Positions 13,062-28,029 of a DNA stretch of 64,000 nucleotides are shown in pieces. Position 1 is the stretch's first letter. Each line of letters opens with the position of its first letter. Below the pieces are notes generated by a model that worked only from the letters and a program-made list of their open reading frames with translations, was not told the origin of the DNA and did not search any database. Source of the stretch: Geosiphon pyriformis uo1 (Eukaryota > Fungi > Glomeromycota); contig JAAOMT010000436.1 of NCBI GenBank assembly GCA_016748015.1, positions 1,188,033-1,252,032 on the forward strand, in the 5' to 3' direction. A program made the translations under genes and the position numbers.

Positions 13062-14247
13062 TTACCACTCCGGAGTTTTTTCCGTGGTTTCATCTGCCCA
13101 ACTGCTCGTAACAGGTTTCTCGAATGAAGCATCTAATCCACTACTATCCCCGGTTGCAGCAGTTGACTCTTTAAAATCACCTATATTAGCTGAAGTAGTT
13201 GCTTCCGCCCAGCCAGTAGTTACTTCCTCTGGTTCCCCATTGTCCCAAGTGGAGGCAGCAGCATTAGATGGAATCGCTGCTGCGAGCGCCGGATTAATTC
13301 CACCTATAGGAGTAACACCTGAAGCCTCCCAACCTGGAGCCTCGTTGGTATCCCAATTACCACCATCATATCCACCACCACCACCACCATCCCCGGTTTT
13401 ATCGGGAACAGCACCAGTTTCCGCATCTTTCTCGGTCTCTTCAGGATCCCGATAAAAGAACATATCAACCATCACATCCCAAGGGGTCTCACGTGGAACT
13501 ATGCCACGCAGACGAAGAACCTCACGTGCTAACATCCAATAAATCAACCCAATTGAATGCTTTGCTTTGTTGTTAGTCGGGATAGCAATATCAACAAAAC
13601 GGAGGGGGGAATCAGTATCAGCGAGAGCAATTACAGGAATATTGACATAAGAAGCTTCTTTGATAGCTTGATGATCAGTACGTGGGTCGGTAACAATGAT
13701 CAATCGGGGTTCTTTGAATGATCGTGTGATATAATTGGTGAATGTACCAGGGGTGAATCTCCCCGCAATGGCTTGAGCGTGTGTATAAGAAGCGTATTTC
13801 AATGCGGCACGTTGACCATAGGGACGAGCAGAAATCACAACAACATCAGCTGGATTTTCAATTGCAGCGATTATACGTGCTGCAAGCACGAGCTTCTCCC
13901 AAGTTTTGCCAATGTTAATAATGTTAATTCCTTTATAGTTAAATGAGATAATAAAACGTAAGATTCATTTTATAAGAAGTAAATCAAGAATCCTTCATGC
14001 TATTTAATTTGGTTCAATATATATCGGATTGATTACCATCCGCACGACGCTTCCATACATATGGAGTCATTTGAACATTTAAATTCTTGGCCCCAATATG
14101 GGCTTGTGCCGATAAGAAGAATTGAATATCCTCCTGGGTAGCTGTATTAACAAGTGAAAATTTAATTTATCATAGGAAAACTCGATTTAAGAAGCTATAT
14201 CATATTTATTCAAAAATACCGTTAAGTGTTGCAGGCAACTTAGACAT
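13062..14247 (-). CDS. RPS0: 40S ribosomal protein SA (uS2/S0)
   Basis: MSKLPATLN start; [27 protein letters not shown]...[45 protein letters not shown]; acidic Trp-containing tail. Confidence 0.97.
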
Positions 14248-14763
14248 GACTGTCAAATTATGGAGACAGTATTCTATTGGTTCAAAATGGCCTTTTATTA
14301 AAGATATTGTATTGTTAATCAAATGTTATTGCTTTGCTTTAAACTATTGAGCAGAATAACAGAATTTTCTTTCGTGATCCATCCATCATATTCTGAACGT
14401 AACCACAAATGGAAAAAGATTCAATTAAAGATATGGAAAAGGCGTTCGATTTTTTTAAAGGATACAAAAAGGTCCAAGTATTGCCGCGGCGAAAGAGGAA
14501 GATACTTTAGAGCAAATAATTAAAATTTTTATACCTTACGATTTTGTGATCGATTTAATATCGACCAATCAAAGAAAAGTAGTGTTAGTCACCAAGGATT
14601 CAATGAGAAGATCAATTCGAGAAAATTTCGTAGCTCCACGTCGCCACAATAAGCCCATTATAATTAGAACTTTGAATGCCGTAAAAGGGTTTTGGCGAAA
14701 CTGGTAACTTTGTTCTCTCTTTAATTTATATCTTTACCTCTTAAATATCACAAAGAAAGCAAT

Positions 14764-15389
14764 ATGCATGCCAAACAAATTTCAGCCATTTTTTATATAA
14801 ATATCTTGCTACTTTTGTTTGTTGCTGTCGTGTCGGTTTCTTCCCAAGCACATATAAACTATAAGGGTGAACATAGTAACTATGGAGATCACTCCAGGTT
14901 TAAAGAGTAAGCTTCAAGAATTTTAGGATCGTAAATTTATTTTATGTCAGTTCAATTGGAAGTTTCCATACTATAAACTTACTTTCAACACATTTTAAAA
15001 TTAGACATGTTAAACAACACCTTAAAGACCTTCCGCATCCACCGGATATGACAGAGGACGATGAATTATACTATCTATTCTCTGTGCACGACATCAACCA
15101 AGATGGTCACTTAGATGGGCATGAACTTCGTGGGGCGTTCACCGATTTCACGGCGAGTGACCAAGAAGCGGTACTAACTTTAACTGAAATCAACGAAATG
15201 ACTGATCACGTTTTTTTAGAGGATGACATGGATAATGAGTTAAGCATCATTTTAATATTTTTCATCGTTGAATCTGAATTTCTGGATTTCATTCTCAATC
15301 TATATTTATTTTATCGACACCAAAACTGACACAGTGGACGTATTAGTTGGCAAGAATACTTGTTGTCCCAAAAATATCACGAAAAATAG
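14764..15389 (+). CDS. secretory-pathway EF-hand protein, MCFD2-like
   Basis: Hydrophobic signal peptide (ILLLLFVAVVSVSS), HVKQHLKD, then ELYYLFSVHDINQDGHLDGHEL and DDMDN.GRISWQEY EF-hands; 2 introns. Confidence 0.8.
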
Positions 15390-18300
15390 ATTTTTTTGTA
15401 AAAATATTGTATGATATCTTCCTGTCATTTTTTAGATCCAGCTTAAATAAGTTAAAATTTCATTCTTTGTTTACACCTTTTAAAATAAATAAGTTCAATT
15501 GTAACTTGAAAGCAAGCTATTGATCTTTTTTGAAACTTTACCAAGTCAATGATCAAACCTTCATCTCTTTATTTTAAGAGGTCATGATGCCTAGGTCTTA
15601 GTTATTTTCAGTTGAGTATTACTATAGGATTCAAAGCGATTTCCCTTTCAGGTTTATTTTTAAATGAAAATTCCGAAACAATCAGCTGTTGGTGGCTGGT
15701 TGGGGCAGGATATGAAAAAATTTGTTGATCTATTTCGATTTGCAAAGTGTTTGACAAATTGTCCTATTTGAGAGTTACTTGTAACATGAAGGCTACCAGA
15801 TAACTGCAATAAATTCATTTATGAAGCAAGTTCATTAAAGCTTTTAAAATGTTTAGGCCTGGCTTGATATAATAAAAAGCAAAAATAATTGTTAGATTTT
15901 GATAAAAAATATATATGTATATTTTTTAATATTTTAATATTAAAACTCAAAAAATACAAACAAATTCAATACAAACCCAAATCCAAATATTAATAAAAAA
16001 CTATATTAATTAAAAGGTTTTATTTTAAGTAAAAATTAAGTGATTTAAAACGTTTTAATTTTTAAAATAATTTATTTGTATTTAATATTATTATAATACA
16101 TATTTTTTTTATAAAATTACAAATTAATTTAAATATACACAGATATAATTTTTTTTTAAAGTATAATCCAATTATTAACTATAATACAAAATTAAAATAT
16201 TTTACAGTAATCACAATTCATGTATTATAAATAATCAAATATTTAAGCTAGTCAGACAAAACTATATTAAATCTACAAAAACAAACTTATTTAAAACAAT
16301 TATTCTGTGCATGATTACAACCAAACTATTTTCTATTAAAAACCAAACCAGTTTTATTTGAAATTTGAAATTTGAAATTTGAAATTTGAAACTTTTAAAA
16401 AATTATTAATTTAATAAAAGTTTTTTTATTGATAAAAAAATTTATATTATATTTTAAAATTAATTGTTTTTTTGTTTAAATTATTAACAACTTTTTTAAA
16501 ATGTCAATATTTTTTTTAATTATAAAAATTTTAATCTTTATTTTTGCATTTAAAAAAGAATTACTTATTAATTTTATAACCAAAATAATTAGGTTTAATA
16601 ATAGATTTAATTAACAAATTCAACTTAACCAACTCAGATTTTAAAAAAACCAATTTAAAATTAATAATAAAATTAATAATAACAATAAAAAAAATTATAG
16701 TTTTTACATAAAAATTTGTATTAATAAAAAAAATTTTAAAAGTTTTAAAACCAACTATAAACTTAAAAAAATAGTATTATCAAAAATTATGGTTGTTTTT
16801 TAATGTTATTAATGATAAATTTGTTGTTAAAAATATTATTATTATTATTATTAAAAACTGTTAAATTTTAATACTTAAAACAATATTAATAGTCAAAATT
16901 TTTTATAAAATTTAATTTTTTTTAAAATATTAATTTTAACAATAATATTATTTAACTTATATTTTAATTATTAAATAAAATTAAAAAACCAAAAAATAAA
17001 ATAAAAATAGCTTATATGTTTAAAATTTTAATTTATTAATTTTAAAAATAATATAATTAAATAAAAAATTTACTAATTTGGCTTTAAAAATGTTTTTTGT
17101 AATTTTGTTGTTTAATAAAAACTATTAATTTTTAATAAACTAATTATTTTTAAAGTATTTTTTTATATTTGAACTATTTATATTATTGAACTTATAATAG
17201 AATAATCAATTTTATAATAATTATTTTATATAATTATTTTGTAATAAAAATTAATTTTTTTATAAAAATTTTTAATTGTAGACTTTTTAATAATATATAA
17301 ATACTTTATAATAAAAATCAACTTTTTTATAAAAAATTTTAATTGTAAACTACTTAATAATATAAAAATATATAAAAATAAAAATAAATTAAAATAAAAA
17401 AAATATAAAAATAATATTTTCTACTTATATTTAAAATTAATTAAATAATTACTAAAATTAATAATTAATTAGAATTTATAAAGTTTAAAACAATATTAAT
17501 TTTTATTTTTATTTTTTATTTAATACAATTAATAAGTAAAATTTAATTACTATTTAGTATATAAAATCAAACTAAGTAATTTAGATTAAATATAACTTAC
17601 ATACTTATCACATATAATTAATTATTCAAATCAGACAAAATAATACTATATATTTATAAGAATTTTTATACTATTATTTAGACCAGAAAAAAAAAACATG
17701 ATTTATAACTGTTAAAACTAACTATAAAAAATTCAATAATGCTAAGAAGCCTAATTATACCATTTGACAATTTGATTATTAAGTTACCAACTAAACCAGA
17801 CATTATACTACTATTTTCTACCAAACCAGCTTTTTTTATTTTAGTCTTAAATTTAAATCTATTAAACCAAACCATAAAACAATATCTCTTTATTAACTGA
17901 TTTATAAAACTAACAACTGTTACTAAAGATTTTTTTTTGGTCTCAAAAACTATTAATGTCTTAGTATATCAAGTTTTTAACACAAAATTCTTGTAAATTA
18001 TAACATATAGACTTATATTTAATAAATATTTAGATAAAATGTCTATTACAAAAAAAAAAAGAGACATAGACTCTATTTAATAACTTCTAAAGACCAGAAA
18101 ACTCTAACAATATTTCTTTATAAGATTTAGCATCTTTAACACAAATAAAAACATGATTTGGAAGCTTTACTTTATTATACAATAAGCATAATATATCTAA
18201 ATATCTCTTATTATACAATCTTTTTTTAACTGTTACTAACAAATATTTATGCATGGCTTTTATTAAATATGTGTGCAAATTAGCAAAATTTTTGCTAATA

Positions 18301-18439
18301 AATTCAGACAACATATGTTAATTAAGGTGTTATACTTTTGCAGTAAATAGCTAATTTATGTTTTTAATTAAATTGCTTAATATTATCTTATAACTAAGAC
18401 TGACTTTTTATTAAACACAACAAATAAAATAATACACAT

Positions 18440-19332
18440 TGTTATAATTCAAACATTTAGCAAAAAAATCATAAAATAATATAAATTATCTAATTATAAT
18501 ATAACACAATAATAATTCTAGAAAAGTAATAATTAATATAGTAACAAGTACTATCTTACAATAGTGGCAAGCACTAGTTTACAATAATAACTAATACCAA
18601 CTGGTAATACCAATAAACACCAGATTGAAATACCAAAAAAAAAGTATTACAATGTGTTTTTTCATAAAACTACAAACATATATATATATAATAGCTTTAA
18701 TATTGAAAAAAACAATAATATTATCTAACAAGTCATAAAAACAAATCATAAAACCAAGTTATTAAACAATTCATCCAACAGTTTTACTTTAATAATCTTC
18801 TAGTTTTTACTTTTAAAAATAAATATTCACAAAAACCTTTAATCAAAAAGAAATAAAAAAAATATTGAAAACTAAATAATTCCAACTTAAAATATTAAGA
18901 AACTTACTTGTATTATTTATTGAATAAAATTATCATTTATTAGCTGAATTTTTTGGAAGAATAATCTCTGATCAAGATTATTTACATTATTATTAATTGA
19001 TAAAAGCTTTATTGTAAGAATTAAGAAAAGTACTAAAGACCATTAACATTTTGTGTTTTTAAATTAGAGAAACACATCAGACAATTGCAAAGATAGCCTT
19101 AGAAAAGACTTCAAACAGCAAATAGATTTCAGTTCAATCTTTAAAAAAAAGTACATAAATATACACAACAATTAGAAATTGAGAAATAACTTACATTATA
19201 ATATCAAAGAGAAAGCTTTCAGCATAACAGTAATATTATCACACAAATAGAATTGAAAAACTCACGAGAGACTAATTATATTTAAAATAGAATATTGACA
19301 ATTAAATATACTAAGAAAACCATCTCATAACA
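18440..19332. mobile_element. solo LTR with 4-bp ACAT target-site duplication
   Basis: TGTTATA...CATAACA termini, ACAT at 18436-18439 and 19333-19336; colinear similarity with 24158-24979 (e.g. shared AACACATCAGACAATTGCAAAGATAGC). Confidence 0.8.
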
Positions 19333-22300
19333 ACATTACAAATAAAGTATTGAGTATTGTTAAAGACAACTGTGTTATTAGCCACAATATAATATTTATA
19401 TACTCTATTTGGCAGAAATAAGAAAGAACTAACAGTCTCATTTGCCATCTAATCTGTCTTTTTATTGCTTAAAATTTCTAAATAACTTTTGATTTTTACT
19501 TACTTGACTAAAAAATTCTTATTTCTTATTAAATTTGTAATATGTTTTTTCTCTATTCAATAATAGTTACAAAAATCAGGCATCACAAAATTTTTCTTAA
19601 CAATACAAACATTAATAGCTGTCTGGCTATTTAAATGCAAAATTATTATACAAGACAAAAAAATATACTTCAAAAACAAAACAACAGTCTGTAATTCAAT
19701 CAAAGTTAATAACTGAAAATTATTTATTCCAATTCTAATATCCATATTTACAGCTAAAAAATACACAACAGCTTTACTAGCAACATTAACAAAACCTATG
19801 TTTTTTAAAGAACTGTTTGTATATATCTTAATAGTACCAAACCAAACCTCATGCAAGTATTTATACACATTAAAAAACTTGTTAGATTTTAGAACACTTA
19901 AACCATATGACATGTTAGTTTAAACAGAACTACTTAAAAGTGTTTCAATATTATGCAGAAATTTTGACACCAATTTGAACCAAAATAGTACAAAACTCTT
20001 AAAATTTAATCTTTTTTAATAGTAAAATGTTTTCTAATTCATCATACTACTCTTTTTGTTTAAAAGCTTATTACTAAATATTATTCCAAATTTTTTTAAA
20101 GAGCAAACTAAATTGTAATACAAAAACTCTTCTAAAATGTCTAACATCAAAAATCTTTCAGGATTACAAAATACATTAGACAAATTATTACCTAAAAACA
20201 AACTATTGCCCAAAAAAATTCTTACTATTTTAGCTAAAAAATTATTAACAGAACTAATATAAAACTTTATAAGGCATTGTAAAAAATTTGAAAGAGTTCA
20301 GCCCAAAACTTGCAAAGTCCAAAAATCTGTAACAAAACAATTTTTCAAGAATATTTAGAGCATTAAAAAAATTTACCACAGATGTTAATTTATTTTTGGT
20401 CTGTATCTGTTTAAATAACTTTAAATTATAAAGAGAAGAATAATACAACACTTTACTTAAAAAATCACATGGTAGATTGGTTTTAGATTTAAGACTCTTT
20501 CTAATCATAACATTTTACTTACAACACATATTAGATAAAACAAAATTAAATTGAAATCTATAGCTAATAATAAACTATAAGACAGCTAATACCAAATAAG
20601 AAAACTGTTTATCTGTAATAGCTTTTCTAAGCACCAAATTAACAAAAAATTAAACATCAAAATAAGTTTTAACCAAACTTGGCTTTAATAATCTCTCAGT
20701 TAATAAAAAAAATTTTAAATATTTGTGCACTTTACTTTTTTTAACAATTAAAATTAATAAGTTACTGATTTTCAAAGAAACAATTTTGATACTTTAATTA
20801 ATAAGAATGGTTATTGTTTTTTTATTGTTTATTAAAATATTATTGATTATAAAAAATTTGCTTGTAATGTTCAAAACATATTGTGTAAAAGTCTAATAAT
20901 TTTTAATCCAAATTGTGTTATTTACAAATATATTAGCTGCAAAAAAAAAATCATTTTATTATTATTCTTAATTCTGTTTAACTTGGCCATAAACTTAGTA
21001 TTAATCCAATATTTACACAAATGTTTATATTTTTTAACCTTATATAAGAATAGATCATAAAAAATCTTCTAAAAAGAAACAAAAATACTTTATTCTAATT
21101 TAACCTATTATGTATTTTATAGTCATTTAAGAAACCAAAATCAGTTATTATTTTATTAATTTTATTTTTATATATGCTATAAAAAAATTTAATAAACTGA
21201 TCACACATCTTGATTTATTACAAACTAGCTCTTAAGTAATATTATCTACTCAAGTTATATGATTTGTACATATTCTATAAGACCAACTATAGTTTTCTAT
21301 TCTTTTTCAAAGTATTTTTAATTAAAGATCCAATAACAACACAAAAAACTGAATTGAAGTGCTCTTTAATACTGAAAAATTGTTATCCTAGAAAACACCA
21401 AACTTACTATATACAGATAAAATCTGATTTAAAAGAATTTTAGATAGAATTTTTCTGGCTGTTTTAATTAATACAATAGTTTAAGTGTTTGTTAAAACTT
21501 TATATTAATTATAAAACTTAAGGATTATTAAGACTCATGCTTTTTTCTATAGAATAGAAACATTACCAAGAGATAAATATGTATTTAAAAGTTCTAAAAA
21601 ACATTTTATCACAGTATTACTACTATGTTTTTAAAGTTTATTAAGAATATCAAATAGTTTAACAGTTTTGTTATTAAGCAGATCATTAATAATCACAATT
21701 AATTTTTTTATACTGATTTTTTTTATTACTTCAGAAAAAGCATTATTATTTATATAGTCTAATAATATATATTTGTGAGCTCAAAAATTATATATTATTA
21801 TAAGCATAACTTACTTTCTTGTTTAGCTTCTTATAATTTTGTTGACATTAAGCTTAATTTTTTCTGGATTTAAAACCAACTTACTTTTTATTATCAAGTA
21901 ATCCAAAACCACTTTGTAAAAAAGCTAATCTAAAATACTACTTATTATACTTTTTTTATCAGAACAAAAACTTTTTATGTATTTTTTAATTGTCTTTCTG
22001 ATAGATGCTTTTTTAACTATTCTTAACTTATGAAACTTGGACTTTCTGTATTTTTTTCAGACCGTTAACAATTGTTTAAAAATGTTTAATAACTTTTTAC
22101 TATTTCAAATCATATTTATGATCTTAAAAACTTCTTTACCATCCAAAAATAACTATTTTTTAACAAACTAATTAAATTTAATCATGTTATTTAGGCTCAA
22201 TTTCTTAACAATTTTGGCAATTAGTATTTTCAATCCAAAAACTATCTGTTTTTTGAACACTAAAACTTATTAAACTAAAGTTTAGAGAATGTTTTATTAG

Positions 22301-24157
22301 CTAATTTTACTATTATTATTTTTAACAGCTCTCATATAACATCTAAATTTTTACAAACTTTAGTTTTTGAAAACTTATTTACTACTGTTAAAAACTTGAC
22401 AAAAAAACACTCCTTAAATCATAGTTATTTGGCACTATTTGTATTTTTGAATTTAAATTTTTAGTAATTTTTGTTAGTTTGCTTGCACATACTATTTAAA
22501 CAAAAATTTAGAAAATTACTCAAATCAATCAAAACCAAAACTGTCTTGTAATTAGTATTGAAAAAATCAAAAACAAAGCTGATTTCATAATTGGCTACTA
22601 TTAATAACAAACTTTTACTCACAAAAATATAATTTATAGTCTTTTTAACACTTCTCAAATTGCTCTAAGTAGAAACTTTGAATAATAGATGCTTATTAAA
22701 TAAATTAACCAATCTTAAATCCAAACAGAACTTAAAACTTATACTTTTTTTAGGCCTATTTTTATTAAAATCTTTATTTAAGACCACAAAAATGCTAAAA
22801 TTAACTGTTTTAATAATATAAAAGTTAACTTTTATAGTTTAATCAAACCTAACTTCAACAAAAGCACCAGCATATAAACCCAAAATTTTAACTAAAAGTC
22901 TGTCTTTGAAGAAAAGCTGTATTAAAATAATTTAACCAGAAATTTTTTCTATCTTAGAAATATGTTAAGCCAGATAATTGTTTATAACAATAGTTATACT
23001 AATGTCAAGAAAATTTTTATCCAAACCAGATGTAAAAATCCATATTCTATCAAACTTATTTACAATTTATGGCTTAACACTAGATCTTAACTTTGTTTCT
23101 GTAACAATAAAAACCATATTATCCAAACTTTTATGTCAATAAACAATGTTTTTTTGCTTTATAGAAACATTAATACTCTGCATATTACATGTAGTAAACT
23201 TTTATAATAAATCAGTTATTAAGACAATGAAAGTATTAAAAAGTCCAAGTCAGAACACAATTGATTTAATCTCACTAAAACAAAATTAACTGAAACTTTA
23301 AGAGCCACTAATTTTAATATCAAACCATCTACTTTGGTGGTCAAAATTTTTGATCTACTCAAATTCAAATCTAAAACCTTTTTATTTACAATTAAAGAAA
23401 AAAAAACAAAAAATACAGATAAATTATCCAAAACTATATTCAAATCCAAATTCGAATTTAATAATACAGATACAGTAGAAGAAAAAAAATTGAAAATTAG
23501 GTACCAAGAGTACTAAATTCACAAAATTTAATCTTTACACAATAATTGACACTTGATCTGCCAAAAGCTCTAAGAAGCTTTCAAAAACACCAAGTAAGCA
23601 CTAATAAATAAGTTATTTTAAATAACCAAAAGACTTTTTTTAATATATAATATATTAGAAAAAGAAAATCCAGAACCAGAGGAAGTATTATCAAAAAAAA
23701 CAGCAAGCAAAACTACTTGAGTCTAAGATTTGCTACTGAATACAATAGAACAAGAAATAGAAACATTTTTTTTATCATAAAACCTGGCCAACTAAAGATA
23801 ATTTTCTTCTAAAGCAATTCTTTTATAAATTTTTTTAAAAAGCAAGACAAATGTACTTAATGTATTATACTTTAAATCTAAATATTTAAAACACCTGCAC
23901 TTTTTACAACAAACTAAATCTAACCTAACCCAAGAGAATTTTATATTACCAAAAATTGGCTCTGTTCAAAAAACAGTTTCAAGTTTCTCATTTATTTTAA
24001 AACCAATTACAATGCAATAAATCTTATTGCCAATATTGAATAATTAGTTAATAATACAAGTTTTTCTACCAGTCTCTTTTAATAAAGCACTTAGATTATA
24101 AGTAGTTATTCTTATAAACAAAATAAACAAAAGTGCCTTAAAGTAATTCTTAGACAT

Positions 24158-24979
24158 TGTTACAGTTCAAAAATTTAATAAGAATTATAAATAATATAAA
24201 TTAGCCAATTATAAAATAGTACAGCAACAATTTATAAAAAGAAAAAAAATTGATTTACAAATAACAGCAAGTACTACCATATAATAGCAGTAAGCATTAT
24301 TATGCAAAAGCAGCAAGCACTATTTTACAATAGCAGCAAGCACTATTTAGAAATAACAAAAATAGAGTATTACAAAACGTTATTTTGTAAAACAATAATT
24401 ATATATATATACAATAGTTTTTAATGATGAAGGATCAAACAACTTCAACTCAAAGCAACAAATATCTAAATAAAATTTTATTCAAAAAGAATTAATAAAA
24501 ATAATAAATTGAATTAACATCACAATTATAAGATTAACAATAGAATTTACATATCCTCTTTAACAAATGAAACTATCATTCTATCTTTGAAACCTTTGGA
24601 AGAATAATTCCTGATCAAAATTATTTACATAGTTACTAATTAAATTGAAAAAGCTTTATTATATACTTAGAAAAATTGCAAAAAAGCTATTAATATTTTG
24701 TGTTTCTAGATTAAAAAAACACATCAGACAATTGCAAAGATAGCTTCAGAAAAGACCCCAGACAGCAGATAGATTTTAGATTAACTTCTGGAAAGGAATA
24801 TACAATATACAAAGACAACTAAAATTAAAGAAAAAACTTATATCACAACTTCAAAAGAAAATCTTCAATACATTATTATTAATATCCAACACATAAAATC
24901 GAGGAATTCACAAAAGACTAATTGCAATTAAAATGGAATATCAACAATTAAAATATACCAAGAAAACTTTCTTATAACA
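24158..24979. mobile_element. solo LTR of the same family with ACAT target-site duplication
   Basis: TGTTACA...TATAACA termini, ACAT at 24154-24157 and 24980-24983; direct-orientation homolog of 18440-19332. Confidence 0.8.
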
Positions 24980-27900
24980 ACATTTAAACATCTTAATTTT
25001 CCATAGTCTTAATTATGTATACAGAATTCTTCTTAATCAATAATGATTATTTTAATGCTAAATAATTAGTCTGACTTAATTCAGCAAATTTTATTATAGT
25101 TTTTTGCTACAGCCTAATAAGTTGTAATTAAATTGACATTATTTCATCATACTTAATTACTGTGACAATAATCATTTTTTTAGGTGTATTCATAAGAATT
25201 TCTTTAATAATTACAGTTCAATCTGAACATATTTTTTGTCTTTTAATATTATTGTTTATGATAATTTCCTTTTTTTTAGCCAATAATGTGGTCTTCTTTA
25301 TACTTTCTTCTAATATAAATCTTAATCAGATAATCTCTTCAAATTTTAAAAAAATAGTAACTTCTTTAAAACTATTGATTAATAAAAATAACTTTTTGAT
25401 TGTCTGTGTTTTAGCTGTTGTTAATTTGTCTTTTATTGTTAACATATTAATATCCAAAGTAAAAAAATTTTTACAGTCATTTCAACTTAAGTTTTTATTA
25501 TTTTAAGATTAATCCATCTTTTGTTAAAAGAAATATTAAAAGAAAAAAGAAAAAGTCTCTTATCTTTATCTACTTTATAGTTAATAATACCAATAAAAAA
25601 ACCACAATTCAAACCAGAATTAATTTTTTTAGTCTTAAAAATTGTTGCAGCTAAGCCAAGAAAAAAATTATTACTAATACTTATTAATATACTATTAACT
25701 TTATTGTTTCTGAATTTATTATTTATATTTGAGTATACATTATTGTTAAAACTAGATTTAAACAAAGAAATTTTATTATTATTACCAAAGTGTTTGATAT
25801 TATTTACAGAAACTCTCTTTTTTTAGAAAAAAATATCTCCAACAGAATTATAAAAAACTCTTTTGAACACATTTTTTTTAAACATATTGCTATTTAAAGC
25901 AGCTTTTAGATTCACTATAAAAAAATTATTAGCTTAAAAAATATTGAGAGTATTGTAACTAGAAAAAATAAAAACAAAAAACTTTTTTTTCAAAAAATTG
26001 TTCTTTAATATAAGAGAGAAAAAAGTTTTATTTTTATTTTTTAAAGAAAGTTTTGGTTTTTAATTGTTTTAAGTAATTTTTTTTAATACTTTTAATGCTT
26101 TTAAATAATAAAAGCAATTATTTTTTAAAGTATAAACTTATTTGTTTAAAAATTAATAACTGTTATTAATAATAATATAACCAAAAAAAAGTTTGCAAAA
26201 AATATTATATACAGTTTTATTAAAATTATTTTTACTTAAAAGTTAAGAAAAATAAAAGATAATATAAAAACTTTAATAATAAAATAGTTTTTTTTAAACA
26301 AATCTTTATTTTTAAATAATAATTTAAATATTTTTTATGCTTTTAATAATATAAAATTAATTCAAAACATAATATAACAAAATTTATAATAGTTAATACT
26401 AAATTTAAAACAGATAACAAAAATAAAATTCTTTTAAACTTTTTAAGACAAAAAAAATAAATACTAGAAAATTCAATATACTATTATTAAATATATTAGT
26501 TATAATACTAAAAATAAGAAAAAAAAATTCTATTTTTTTTTTTTAGGTTTAAAATAAAATAATATATTATTATTATTATTAAAAAAAAATTGAAAGTTAT
26601 TATTAAAAAATTTTATTAATTTGTTAATTATTAAAAAAAAAACTTTATAAAAAAGTACAAACAATTAACAAAATGTTTTTATTAATAAATAAAATTAAAA
26701 AATCTTTAATTTTAAGAAATTATTAGATTAATATTTATTTTGTTATATTATTAAAAAGTTTATAGTTAAGATTTTTTGTAAAAAAATTAATTTTTACAAC
26801 AAAATAATTACATATTATTAAAAATTTTTGTAAAAAAATTAATTTTTATTATAAATTCAATAATATAAACAATTTAAAATATAAAGTGATATTTTGAAAA
26901 TAAATTAACTTATTAAAAGTTTAATAACTTTTATTAATAATATAGTTAACAACAATTTAATATTAATAAATATTAAAAAAAATAATTAAAGTTTTTAATA
27001 ATATTGTTTATTTTATTATTTTAAAAGAACAATTTCTTAAAAAAATTATTAGATTTTATGTTTATATTACTAATAAAAAAAATTAATATTAATATTTTAA
27101 TATCAAATTATTTGGTTTTTTATTTATTTTATATATTAATAATATTTTTTCAGTATTAAAACAATTTTTTTTGTTTCTTTTTTTAATCATGTTTATAATA
27201 AAAATATTTATTGTATTTAGCTTTTTAAATAAAAATAGATTCAAAAAAAATAAATTAAAAAAAAATAAATTAAAAAAAACTACAAAAGAAAAAAAGTATC
27301 ATAATATTTTTTTAAATTTTTTTATAATTAAAAATTAATTTTTAATGAAATTTTATTTTATAATAATAAAATACTTATATTATTGTTATTTTTTATAATA
27401 ATAATAATTAAATTTTTTTTAGTTTAATACAATAATTAAATATTTTAAATCAAATATAATTTATACTTTTTTTATATATAATTAATTATTTAAACTAATT
27501 AAAACTATATTATATTAAATTTATTAAAGTAAACTTATTTAAAATTATTATTTTTTATATCATAAAAAAAACTTTTTTCTTTTATATTTCTTAAATTTTA
27601 CAAAAAACATTATTTTGATAAAAAAAATTTTGTTTTTTTTTGGTTATTTTTTAATATTTTTAAAAATATAATAAAATTAAAAATTAAAAAAAACAATTTC
27701 CAATAATATATTATTATTATTACTTAGAACATAATTAAATATTTAAACTTTGTATAATAGTTAATTCAAAAAAATATCAAATAAAACAATAATACAACAA
27801 GTAAAATATTTATTAAAAAAACAATTTAATAACTTATTTAAAAATTATATATTGATTATATTTTATGTTTTAAAAATATAATAAAATATTATTATATTCA

Positions 27901-28029
27901 ATTATAGAAGCATTAACAATAAACTAATTAAGAAAAATAATTAATATAGAGTTTAAAAAACCGAAAAAAAAATAATTAAGTTTATTTAAAAAAAATCTAG
28001 CAGATTTTATTAAAGTTTAATATTAAAAA

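Larger units (their letters stand above)
17500..26060 (-). mobile_element. degenerate full-length non-LTR retrotransposon (LINE: ORF1, AP endonuclease, RT, zinc finger), interrupted by two solo LTRs
   Basis: Minus-strand relics: TCN..INV...IVTETKL (about 23090-23195) and KTINYIFVS...FFNTNYK (22461-22658) of the endonuclease; FFAANIFVNNTIW at 20908-20950 (RT FVDD motif mutated); KRLYNKRYLDILCLLYNKVKLPNHVFIC (zf-RVT-like); A-rich 3' tail near 17500; 5' end similar to 54030-54130. Ends approximate. Confidence 0.8.

Noticed and set aside
13084-13455. 123-aa plus-strand ORF
   Set aside because: Antisense shadow of the RPS0 tail
18440-24979. Single intact LTR retrotransposon spanning both LTR copies
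   Set aside because: The interior is LINE endonuclease/RT relic that continues beyond both LTRs, and each LTR has its own TSD
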